Of a DNA stretch of 64,000 nt, positions 39,520-51,189 are shown in pieces (positions within the stretch are counted from its first letter, which is position 1; every line of letters begins with the position of its first letter). Source of the DNA: Felis catus. Its lineage: Eukaryota. The translations under genes were made by a program, and so were the position numbers. The stretch spans positions 167,154,001-167,218,000 of the forward strand of contig NC_058368.1 of the NCBI RefSeq assembly GCF_018350175.1, read 5' to 3'. A model generated the notes under the pieces. That model searched no databases. It saw nothing but the letters and a program-made list of their open reading frames with translations, and was not told the origin of the DNA.

Positions 39520-41800
39520 AATGGCAAAATAATAGACACATACATAGATCAATGGAATAGAATAGAGAACCCAGAAATAGACCCATATAAATATAGTCCA
39601 CTAATGTTTGACAAAGGAGCAGCGGGAGAACAATGGATAAATTTCATGTCTTTTCAACATGGTGCTGGACAACTAAACATCCACATGCAAAAAAATGAAT
39701 GTAGACACAGACTTCATACCCTTCACAAAAATTAACTGGAATGGTTCACAGACTAGATGTAAAATGCAAAACTGTAAAACTAGATGACAACCTAGGAGAA
39801 AATCTAGATGGCCTTGGATATGGTGATTCCTTTTTAGATACAGCAGGAAAGGCATAATCCATGAAAGAAATGATCAATAAACTGGACTTCACTTATGCTC
39901 TGTGAAAGATAATGTCAAAAGCCACAGACTGGGAGAGAACATTTGCAAAAAGTATATCTGATAAAGGATCGTTGATGAGGTTTTGGGGCGATGGTGGGGT
40001 TTGTGGGGTCTGGAGCTGACCCGCCAAGAAGGAATTCTTGAAGATGTCATTGGTGCAAAAAGGTGATTTTATTAAAGCCCGGGGACAGGACCTGGGGGCA
40101 GGAATTGCTGCACTGCTAGTGTGGGTGGGTGACCGTTTTATGGCTTTGTGGTTGTTGGGGAGATAAAGTCAAGAGGGAGTTTCCAAAGAGACTTTCATCT
40201 GCTAAAGATTTACACACTACTGGAGGCTTAGCTGTTGTCAAGCTAAAGCTGTTTTTCCCTCTAGCAAAGCATTAACATTAAGACAGTAGGGAGTTCCTGG
40301 AGAAACTTTTTTACTCTGCCTGCCTCAAGGATTTGTCATTGGGCTGCAGCTTATAAGGAATTCAGTTTTACCTGCCATTTCCTTCTTGCCTTTGTTCCTC
40401 ATATTAGTATGGAAGGGAGGGAGATGTTGGAGCTCCAGGAAACTGAGTCTGTAGGTTTCTGGAGATTAGACTATTGATAAGATTGCCTTTTTCTTGTAAT
40501 TTACTAAGATATTTGTAAACTGATGGAGACTCTTATCAGTTTAACCTTTTGTTTTCTGTCCTGTCCTTTCCTTTGTCTTTGGGCAGCCAGGAGTGCCTAA
40601 GGAATGTCACACAAATCCCATCCTTGGTGGTGGGAGGGGGCAGTAATGCTGGCTTGTGCTTGGAGCTTAGCTTGCCTTAGTTAGGGTCCCTCATCATGGA
40701 TATCCAAAGCATACAAAGAACTCTAAAACTCAACAGTGATTAAGACAAAAACAAACAAACAAACAAAAAAACCCATGATTTTTAAAAAACCCATGATTTT
40801 TAAAATAGGCAAAATACCTAAATAAAGACCTCAACAAAGAAAATATACCTATGTCAAATAAGAATATAAAAAATTGTTCCACATCATATGTCTTTAGAGA
40901 AATGCAAATTAAAACTATTAGAACAGACAAAATCTTATTAGAACTATACTACTGTACCAGAGCAGACAAAATCCAGAGGTGAAAACACCAAATGATGAGC
41001 ATATGGAGCACAGGAACTCTAATTCGTTATTGGTAGGAATGCAAAATGATACAGCCACTTTGGAAGATAATGTGGCAGCTTCTTTACAAAACTGAACAAA
41101 CATACTCTTACCATACTATCCAACAATCATGCCCCTTGGTGTTTACCCAAGTCCACACAAAAACCTGCACACAGGGGTTTATAGTAGCTTTATTCATAAT
41201 TGCCCAAACTTGAAAGCAACAAAGGTGTCCTTCAGTAGGTTAATGGATAAACTGTGGTATATCCAGACAATGGAATATTAGTGCTAAAAAGTGCTAAAAA
41301 GAAATGAGCTATCAAGTCATGAAAATATACGGAAGAAACTTAAATACATATTAGTAAGTAAAAGAAGCGAATCTGAAAAGGCAGCATGCTGTATAATACC
41401 AACCATATGATGTCCTGGAAAAGGCAAAACTATGGAGACAGTAAAAAGATGTATAGTTGCCGGGAGTTAGGGACAGAGACAGAGCACAGAGGATGTTTAG
41501 GATGGTGAAATAATTCTGAATGATACTACAGTGATAGATACATGTCATTATACATTTGTTCAAACCCATAGGATATACAACACCGGAGTGAACCTTAATG
41601 TAAACTGTACACTTTGGTTGATAGTGATGTGTCAGTGTAGGTTCATTGATTGTAACAAATGCACCACTCTGGTGTGGAATGTCTGTAGTGAGGGAGATAG
41701 TGCCTGTGTGGGGACAGGGCTATATGAGAGCTCTGTACTTTCTGCTCAGTTTTGCTATAAACCTAAGATTGTTCTAAGGAATAAAGTGTGTCTTTAAATA
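39520..41800 (+). mobile_element. L1MC1-like 3' portion (end of ORF2 plus 3' UTR), interrupted by a solo LTR
   Basis: 'atagatcaatggaatagaatagagaacccagaaatagaccc' through 'gatacatgtcattatacatttgttcaaaccc...aaatgcaccactctggtg...aataaag'. Confidence 0.92.
39973..40696 (-). mobile_element. Solo ERV LTR (ERV1-like)
   Basis: Terminal inverted repeat tgatgagg...cctcatca (TG..CA); minus-strand AATAAA near 40068-40073; L1 sequence continues across it ('gataaagga' ... 'tatccaaagcatacaaagaactc'). Confidence 0.85.
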
Positions 41801-42810
41801 AAGGCAAACCGGGGACTGAATATGGAAATAACAACAAAATACCCTAACATTCTCCTTAAATGATTTTCTTAAACTCTTAAAATAATGAACTTGAGCCATT
41901 TAAACATAGGAATTTCTAAGTGTTCTATTAGCATCGTATAATCAGTTCTTTTTCAGTGTACGCTAAATTCCTGAAAGCAAATCTAGAAAAAAACAGATTA
42001 GAAGGGCCCTAAATCATGTGAATAGAACATTATTTTCTCTCAGAAGAAAATTCCATTCTTCCTTTTCAGGAATTGAAGTTTGAGTCCACTAAAACAGCTT
42101 CAGCCTTCACCTAAATCAGTCTGACAATATTGTGTAAAACCTATCTGACCATTCTTAAATTTACATTTACTCACTGCAGATTCTCCATCCTCCTATTTCT
42201 TTTATTTTGTACTGTGATGGTGCCTATATTAGCTAAAACATAATTAGGTGCTAATAACTCGAACACTTTTGGGTAACTGTTCCTAGGAAATGCTTTGTGG
42301 CCTGAGAGAAGGAAGAGTCTCACACTGTTAGCTTAGGGACTGAGTTCACTGTTGTTACCACCGTAATGCAGTAGGTCCATGGGGAGTTGCCACACAAGTT
42401 TGTTATATAGGTTGTGTTCAGCATAGCAACCTTCTGGTACTTTCATTCATTTGATAAGTGGAATGTATTTGGTATGTTCTAATGAATCTCAGACATTCTA
42501 GCATGATGAACTGTGAGATTTTTATCAGGTAGAAAATAGGTTTTGGATATTTGTGAAAAGCAGCGGACCTTTGTACACTGACCCATATTTAAGAATAAAC
42601 CTATAAAAAGTTGTAGATTGCGACTATATTCAAAAACACTTTTCTACTCATTTTACTAATATCCATTTTTCAATTCCAAAATTAAGCTTTTATAATCTCT
42701 GTCATTTGTACTAAGAAGTGGAGAAGTAGAAGAAATTCCAAAGATGTTACTAACTCTATTTTTAACTTACCAGTGACTTTTTCTTGAAAGGCCAATTACT
42801 TAGGCACTCA

Positions 42811-43036
42811 TTTTTTTTTTATTTTTTTTTTGTAATGTTTATTTATTTTTGAGACAGAGAGAGACAGAGCATGAACAGGGGAGCGGCAGAGAGAGAGGGA
42901 GACACAGAATCTGAAACGGGCTCCAGGCTCTGAGCTGTCAACACAGAGCCCGACGCGGGGCTCGAACTCACAGACTGTGAGATCATGACCTGAGCCGAAG
43001 TCAGACGCTTAACCAACTGAGCCACCCAGGCGCCCC
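42811..43036 (-). mobile_element. Young Can-SINE (SINEC_Fc)
   Basis: Near-consensus with CpGs (gagcccgacgcggggctcgaactc); TSD taggcactcattttttt at 42801 and 43037. Confidence 0.98.
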
Positions 43037-43289
43037 TAGGCACTCATTTTTTTTGTTTTTTTAAGTTCCTACTTACTGCAAAAGACAGTCATTCAGATTA
43101 TCTTGATCACAATTCTGCACCTTCCTTGGAAGAAAAGCCTTATCAATTAGAAGTGTTTAGATTCAATTACAGTATATGCTTCTCTTCTTTGCAGAGAACC
43201 ATTAAAAATAAGTGTGATTTCAAAAAATTAAGGAAAAATATAAACTTCCATTTACTTTCTCAGTTTGTGGATTGCAAGCTCCCACTAGC

Positions 43290-43590
43290 CTCACAGCACA
43301 CATTTCTCTCCGGTGCCAGAACCCTGCCCATCCTACAACACGTTTCCCTACAAAGCTTTCTAGATTGCCCCCAACCAGATGTGCTCTCACCCTTTCTTGA
43401 ACCCATTGTATTTGTTACTTTTCTTATGGCACTTCTCACATTCTGTCTCATATTAAAGCTATTGCCATGTTGCCTACTCCTTATTTACAAGACCTTCCTG
43501 GAAAGCTGGAGCTCAGTCTCAGTCATCTTTGACCTCCTCTACCTACTGTTCTGGACATGTGAAGCATTCATTAAGTGTGTGCTTAATTCA
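43290..43590 (+). mobile_element. L2 3' region
   Basis: 'ggcacttctcacattctg...ttcctggaaagctggagctcagtctcagtcatctttg...ggacatgtgaagcattcattaagtgtgtg'. Confidence 0.6.
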
Positions 43591-44174
43591 TTTGGTCTTT
43601 TAGGTTTGGGGAGAGTAGCTATTTTAAAAAGGGCAACAGTCTTGAACTATTTCAAACTCTTACTTATATACATCAAAATCTTTTGAGGGCTTCATTCCTT
43701 GCTGACCATAACATGGTGCTTTCACAATACCTGATGTATTTTCTCTGATGACCTCAGCTACTACCTATAAACCCTATTTCTGGCCCTTCAAAACTGCCTT
43801 ACAACTACCTGTTGAATTAATGCATCAAAGAAAAGTGTGATTTGCTTTCATATTTTATTATCTTTTAGAGAAATGCTAATGACATTTTTCAAAGTGCACA
43901 TAGAACATTTCATTGTTTTTTTACAGGAAAAATTCTAGTTTCTCTAAAAGAAGTGAGTTGATTAACGGATATCAAATGGCTAAAATAGAATTAAGAAAGT
44001 TGGAATTTAGTCATCTGTCACACCTTTTTTTTTATGAGACACTGCATAAGTCATGTAATTGTGAACTTCTTCTTCAAAGTAGGAATAGTTGTCCTTCCAC
44101 ACCTGCCTCATACTGCTGAGAAACTCAAATGAGATAAAGTACATGGCAGCACAAAGTATGCATAGGTAGGCAAA

Positions 44175-44360
44175 AACTAGTTGAGTGGCCAAGGTCATGA
44201 GCTCTGGAGTCAGACTCCCTGGGTTTGAATCGTGACATTGACTTTGCTGCCTGTGTGTGCCTGTCTCTGATACTTAATCTGTAAAATGGGAAGATAGTAC
44301 TACAGATCTCTAAAGCTCTTGGGAGGAGTAAGTGAGAAAATCACTAAAAACACTTATTAC
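44175..44360 (+). mobile_element. MIR SINE
   Basis: 'gagctctggagtcagactccctgggtttgaatc...atctgtaaaatgggaagatag'. Confidence 0.85.
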
Positions 44361-45757
44361 TCTAGTTGTGTGGTTTCAATAGTGAATTGGTTACGATCTT
44401 TTAATTTTCCTAAGAACTTTAACGTACATTGCGTGGCCCAAGCAAACAATTAATGTATTTATATATAAATTTCCTAGAAGGACCTAAATGATTAAATAGT
44501 TTTATAGAAGAAAGTTTGTGTTTTTAACTGTTAAATCACCCAAAATCACAAATAGTAAGTATAGAAACAGTATAACTGTCTTTAATAAACTGAATACCTA
44601 GCATTCAAAAGCAAATAAGAGTTTTAGCCCTAGGAGTGAAACTTGACTTTCAACCTTTTTCTATATTTGCATTTATGAAACACTTATCTGCTAGACCCCC
44701 AATCCATTGACTTCAAAGATTTCTTACCACGCCTTAATTGCTCTTGTGTACATCTACTGAGTAAGAGCAGCATACAGATATAACACAACACACTGTACAT
44801 TTTTGGTCAGCAAACTCTAGAGTGAAAAAAATCTTCTGGTAGCCCATTTTGACAATTCTTGTAATTTGCGGTGATGTTTTCATTACAGTGTGTCACACAG
44901 GAAGCCACAAAAGGATTAGACATAGACCAACTCATCCACATTTCTTCCAGCCAGTAATCACATTGATGCCCACCAGCGGCCCAAATCTGCCTTAGTGCCC
45001 GCCCTGCCATTTACCAGACAGTGTGGCCCCTAAACTCATTAAGAAATGGATGTACCACATAGTTTAAAATGCCATTATCTGTGTTTTATTAGGCTCAGTG
45101 ATTTGATCTTCCAAAAATATCTAAGCCCACAATAAGATGAATGTTGGGTATGACAAAAATATGCTAGCGGGATTTTGAAAACCACAGAGAAACTCTATAG
45201 GAAATATTAGGAAAGAAGAGGGCAAGAAACAAGTGACCTGGAGAAAACATATAGATACCATAAAATTGGATCCATGCTATACCCTCCTTATGGTCTTATT
45301 GAATAGATTTTGAAAATCCAAAAATCATGTGGACTTTATCCAAACCTGAATTTTTGAAAAAGCCATAGCTTTTATTGGACTAATAAAAACCAGGTAATGT
45401 GTTTGCTGATACAATGGAAAGACGACAATGGAAACTTTATATTTGATGATTTTTTTTTCTCTAGTTCCTGAGTTACTTTTTGTAGGTATGAAGGTGCCTA
45501 ATATTCTAAAAAGTAATAAAACCAGTTTAAAACTTTGAATCTACCCATCAATTAAAGAAGCTATCTGCAGTATTTTCTTTTAGTAATATTTCATTTCAGT
45601 GTTTTCATTTGATGCTACAAAGCATTTGATAGGATTGAAAATTTCCTTCTCCAATTTTTTTCCTCCTTGATATTTAAAATGGGTCTCCTGGATTGGCTCC
45701 AACTCCCTTGATATTTTCCCACCATTTCTGTCACAGGCTTCTCTTCCCCACCCATCC

Positions 45758-45808
<51 letters not shown>
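45758..45808. repeat. (GATA)n tetranucleotide microsatellite
   Basis: Directly visible, about 12 perfect units. Confidence 0.98.
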
Positions 45809-45809
45809 T

Positions 45810-46370
45810 TTGGATCATCTTCCTCTATGTTCTCTGAGTAATCGTATTCACTTCCATAACTTTATCACCTACAAATCTACATCAAAATACTGCTTTCTAG
45901 CCCCAACATCTATCTTGAGCTTTAGATTCAGATTTTCAACTGCTGAACACACAATCATCTATAAAAATGCTGCATCATCTTTAAATTCAACTATCAATTT
46001 GACTAATAAAAAATAGTTTAACCTTATGCTTCCTTATATTTATTTTTACATTTATTATTACTATAAATATATGCACAAAACCTTGTATACTGCTTTTCTC
46101 CTCAAAGTTGCATCCTGGATCTCTGCAAACAAAAGACTTTGTGATCGGACATTTTCTCCTCATTGCCTCCCATAGCATCTTTTGTATAACTCTGTCATAG
46201 TGTTTTATACAGTGAAATAATTATTCATTTTCCTGCCTGTGATGCTCATTACAGTGTGAGCTTTATCTTCAATGAGCATTATTTTTTGTTAATCTTGCAT
46301 CCCTATCTGCCAAACAGTGCCTAGCACAAAGGACAGATTCAGTCAGTGTTGACAAATGGATGAATCAATC
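45810..46370 (+). mobile_element. L2 fragments including 3' end
   Basis: 'cagtgcctagcacaaaggacagattcagtcagtgttgacaaatggatgaatcaat' tail. Confidence 0.65.
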
Positions 46371-46406
46371 ATGCAGTTCATAAGACTGACTTTATTATCT
46401 TCACCT

Positions 46407-46598
46407 GTTTTTTTGTTTGTTTTTGTTTTTGTTTTTGTTTTCTTAAGGAGCACAAACGCAGTCTCCTACTAACAGATTATGCAGTCAAGTTTCCCACATT
46501 TGGGGAAATTGCAGAGGTCAGCACAGCCTGAAGTGCAATTGATGAGCCTCACCCTGAGAGAACCACTTTTGTGATCGTGATATCTGCACGGCCAAGTG
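46407..46598 (-). pseudogene. U1 snRNA processed pseudogene
   Basis: 'acgcagtctcctact..attatgcagtcaagtttcccacatttggggaaattgcagaggtcagcaca..gtgcaattgatgagcctcaccctgagagaaccacttttgtgatcgtgatatct' is the reverse complement of U1; decayed poly(A) at 46408-46441; perfect TSD tttattatcttcacct at 46391-46406 and 46599-46614. Confidence 0.95.
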
Positions 46599-47279
46599 TT
46601 TATTATCTTCACCTTCACTGTTAGAATTCTTTAGTTCGGTTGTTACGTAATTATAATGTTCTCCACATACACTTCCATTGTTGTCTAAAACACATTTCTC
46701 CAAAGCTGACAGTTTATAGTTACATCATTGGTGAATTGTTTGGAGATGTTAGGAGAGTGATGATGTATGTTGCCATATGATTTTCAGTGTCATGGCTTAG
46801 AGTGGAGAACAGGCAAGAATTAATTCCTTCTTACTGTCTCAAAGACATATAAATATAAGGAGATCTTTGAGTCCTTCAATGACTTACAGCCCTCTCACCA
46901 ACCATGTACATCCAGCCTCCCAATGCAGATCTGGAATTCACAGAGATGGCATGGCTGATCTCTGCCTCAACTCCTTACCTCATTTAAGAGACACATTTCC
47001 CGACCATGCTTTTTATAATACATGTCCTCAAAACTCTTTCTACAATCCCAGTTTCAACATTTAAAAGCAATAATAATTTTGTTGTTACTTTATTATTTAT
47101 GTAATATATCTTGAATATTATTTAAAGTGTTTTGGAGAAATTCTAATGAATAACATTGTTGCCTCCTAGAGTGAAAAAAATTGTTTTTAATCCCACCTTC
47201 ATGAAGCCTATTAAACAAGGTGTAATTAAGTAAAAATCAAGAATGTGAAACAATGAAAAGGGCTAAGAATCAAAATTAA

Positions 47280-47900
47280 GTACAGAAGGGGAAGAAAGGC
47301 ATGCTTACATTTGAAGTAGAATAACAAGGGAAGGCCTCTCTGCAAACATGACATTTGAGTAAAGACCTGAAAAAAAGTGAAACCGCAGAACCATACAAGT
47401 TTCCAAGAGAGAGCATTCCCAACAGGGACAAAAGCAAGTGCAAAGGACCTGAGGCAGAAATATACCTGTTCTATTATAGGAATCACAAGGAAGCCAATTA
47501 AGCTGTAGCTAAGGGAGCCAGATGGCACGAATGGGTGTGTGGTTGTGGATGTGTGAATGAGAGGGGAACATAAAGGATGGCAGATTGGACAATTCTTTGT
47601 AGATGATATGAGAATTTTGGTTTTACTCTGAGGAAGGTAGAAAGCTAGTGAATGATAATTGAGAAGAGGAGATGCTTGCCCTTATATTTGAGCAGGATAA
47701 TTTTGCCTATTGCATCGAGAATAGACTATCAAAAGCCAAGGGTAGATTCAGGGACACTAGAAGGCACTGTAATAATCCAGGCAAAAGAGAAGAGTAGCTT
47801 GTTCTAGAGTAATAGAGGAGGAAATGATGAGAAGCAGTTGGATTCTGGATGTTCCTTGAAGCTGAAGGTAATTTTCCCCCAGATTAGATGTAGTGGATAA
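47280..47900 (-). mobile_element. L2 fragment
   Basis: 'gacatttgagtaaagacctgaa...gagcattccaacagggacaaaagcaagtgcaaaggacctgaggcag...gtaataatccaggcaaaaga'. Confidence 0.85.
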
Positions 47901-47929
47901 TAATCTAAATATATAATACCAATTTCTCA

Positions 47930-49340
47930 CGCCCTACACCTTTAATGGCTTCTCAAATTTAGGCAGCCGTGTTGAATTTTCTTAAGCTTTCCACTCATTT
48001 CTACATCTAGTCTGTCAGAGAACTCTACCATTTCCAATTCTAAAACATGTTCATATATGTTCCCTCCTTCCTTCCTATGCCTACCACTCTACTTACTGAG
48101 CTCTCATTATTTCTTACCTGACAATTGCAATAGTCTTTTAATGGTTCTCCATGTTTCCTGTTTCTCCCATATCTATCTAATTCTCCCATATCTATCTAAT
48201 TCTGCCTCCTCAAGTCTACCAGAACCATGTTTCCAGAGCAGAGATCTTTGTCTCTCCTCTTTTTAAAATCCTCAGTAGAGCTACAGTGCTACAGAACAAG
48301 TCCAAAAGGCCCTCCCTTTTCCAGCCTCATCACCCAGTAGCCAAACATGACCTCTCACCATTCCTCAGTTCTTTCCCATCTATGTGCTTATTTGCCTTTG
48401 CTCATTATGCACTCTCTGTTTGAAATTTACTTTGCTTTGATATCACCTTCTGACATATCGTCTCAGGGGAAACAAATTCATCAACCCCAGCCTTGCATCC
48501 CCAAAGCACATCAGGGCACCTATGACTCTGTGTTATGGCTAGTAGTATGACCATCTCCCATTTTACCCATTTTATTCAATGCTTAGCATATCAAAGATGC
48601 TCAACAAATATGTGATAGATGTTGAAATATATACCTAACCCAAAATGTGCCCTATGCCTTTCCATGCTTCTTTTGCCCTAGGCTTACAGTAGGCCAGTCC
48701 AGTGGCCATCCCTTAAAAATTACAAAGTAGCAATATATAGGTATATAAATCCTTTACAGTCATGCAAAGGTATGTCTACAGGAAGGAGCCTTAAAAAGTC
48801 AAAGCAAAGTTACTTAGCAAACGCTCTTCTCTGCTTTTATATTATATTGCTCTTTCATTTGTCTTTCATTTATATGTCTCTAGTGGTTATTTTTCTGCCT
48901 TCTTTACCTATTCCTATTTCTCTTTTAACAGTAGGATCCTCATCTATGCTACCATTATACTTCTTATCTACCATTCCTCTCAGTTTCTTTGCAGACGTTA
49001 ATGACTCATAAATCTAAAGCTGCACTCTAACCTCTCACCTCGTCTCCCATTTTGTATTTCCAACTCTTCATATTGTTCATACGCCAAACAACATTCACTG
49101 CATCCACTTCATAATCATTATCCCCACTTCAGCTCTTCTTCCAATGTCACTCTTTGAGGTAACTACTGTTCCAATTTCTCAGCTTAAAATATTGAGGTTA
49201 TCTTTGTCCCTTTTAATTTGTCATTTATGTTGTAGCATAATAAATATTTATTCAAAATTCTTTTTTTTCTTGCATCAACTGTAGAATTAGGCGGAATTAC
49301 AAGAGCAGTCCAACTGGTCCTATTTACTCCAGAATCTTCC
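47930..49340 (+). mobile_element. L2 fragments (opposite orientation to the preceding one)
   Basis: 'cctgacaattgcaatagtcttttaatggttctcc', tail 'aatgcttagcatatcaaagatgctcaacaaatatgtg'; a further fragment at about 48950-49330. Confidence 0.55.
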
Positions 49341-49369
49341 CTCTTCATTCAGCCTTTGGCTGACAGGCT

Positions 49370-49760
49370 AATTAGGACAGTAATGCTAGCTGTTGTTTGC
49401 AAGTAAATCCTAAAATCTCAATGACTGAAAACTCCTGTACACTCACATGTTACACTGCAACACAGGTGTTTCTACGCAAGCAGTCTCCATTCAGGAATTC
49501 AGGATCTTTCTCTCTCATGGTCCCACCCATATCTAGGTCCGTGGAGTGCCTCCATTCAGCCAGCAGATAGGGAGGACACAACTGCATCTTTACCACTTTG
49601 ACAAAGAAGTGACACAGATCACTTCTACTCAAATTTTCACTGGCCAAAACTCTTATCATATACCTTCACATAACCAAAGAAAGACTGGAAAATAAGTCTA
49701 GCTGTTTCCCCAGAAAGAGCAGAAAATGAATTTTGGCAATGCATAGCAGTCTCTGACACA
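49370..49760 (-). mobile_element. MaLR LTR (MLT1H/I/J-like)
   Basis: 'cctaaaatctcaatgactgaaa...gaagtgacacagatcacttctactcaaattttcactggccaaaactc...agcagtctctgacaca'. Confidence 0.75.
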
Positions 49761-51189
49761 TTCATCTCTCTAAAACAGAACTCAGACCAGAGAAAAGTCT
49801 TCTCTGAAAGTATGAAGTCTCAGTCCCCATCCTAAAGGTCCAGACCTTCATAATATGATGCTGCTGTTGTTTGGATAAAGAACAGATTGCCACAAAGAGA
49901 GGTGCTTTTCTTCCCACTCGAGGTCTGACTCTGAAGAATGGTAAGTCTTCCCAATTTTTAGGAAATTGTTCATCTAACTAAAGCAACTATACTGCTGCCT
50001 GGGTCAGTGGCAATATAGATGTTTTTACTTAACATCACAGAACACTTGAGAAAAAACAGCCCTGCTAAATGCTGCTAAGAAAAACACCAGTCCGTTGACT
50101 ATCACCTGTGGCCAATTAAACAGACCACTTCGTTTCCAAGCTCATCATTGTGGCTATCTTGACAGTAACATCAAATGAGAACAACTGCAGCTAAATCAAC
50201 CACACAATGATCTCCATTTTGAGTAAGATGACAGAATCAGTTTAGCACAGCCATAGTTTTATTATTTCCATTCAACTAAGTTAATCTAAGAATGTTGTTG
50301 AGGAATTAGATCCAAATCTTAAAACTAGATGAATCCTACTCTTACAGACCACACGAACCTGCTTTTCCTTTTATAGAAGAACAAAAGCACAAATCCCAAC
50401 TACCTGTCACTTAAAAAGGAAAGAGGAATTATATCACTATTAGCCAAAGATATAAACATTGCAGCAGGAGATATGTTCCAGCTTGCACATGCTTCAAACT
50501 GTCAGTGCTCTCTGCATTATACCACCCTCTCCTTACAGCATCAACTCCAGAATGCAGTCAAAACAGTGCAAGTTAAGAGGAGATATTTTGAAGGCAAAGT
50601 GACATACAGCCACACAATCACTCAATTGAATGAACAGAATTACAGTTTTTGCAAACTGGAAGGCTGTCACTCAAAGTGACACCTGGCCTGCTGTTCATTG
50701 GACAGTCCATGCATGTAATGTAATAGCTCCTCCAACTGTTGGCAAGAGAAGAGCAGGGATCAAGGCAGCTATTGCCTGAATTCCAAATGGCAGGAAAATT
50801 TTAGTATTGGGTTCTATTGTTTGCAATACCAGTGGTGTCACAAGTGAGAATGAAAAGAATAGAATTCTAAACACTAAAGAGAAGATTAAAAAAAATACGT
50901 ACTATTTTTTTTTTCTCTCAGCTGAGCAATTCTCCATTCTTTTTGGTGGAGAACAGGGAATGAGAACCAAGATGATATTTTCATAACTACACACCCCAGA
51001 AGGAAATGTTACTGTAAACATTTAAGATGACAGAGACCAAGATCTATGCATTTTCATGCCAAATATTTGAAATCAGCCTTGTAAAGGAACTGAAAATTAT
51101 TTAGTATGCAGCCATACCTGTTGACTCTGGTAATTGGTGCAATAAGGTGCCAAAACACTGTCTAATTCATAAGGAATAAACAAATTGTT

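Noticed and set aside
43126..43686. Longest ORF (186 aa)
   Set aside because: Non-ATG start, overlaps an L2 remnant, Leu/Phe-rich from T-rich DNA, and no recognisable domain.
49820..49946. Strong 5' splice site ATG|GTAAGT at 49941 suggesting an exon
   Set aside because: Weak upstream acceptor and stop codons in all three frames of the candidate segment; isolated donors occur by chance. A lncRNA exon cannot be excluded.
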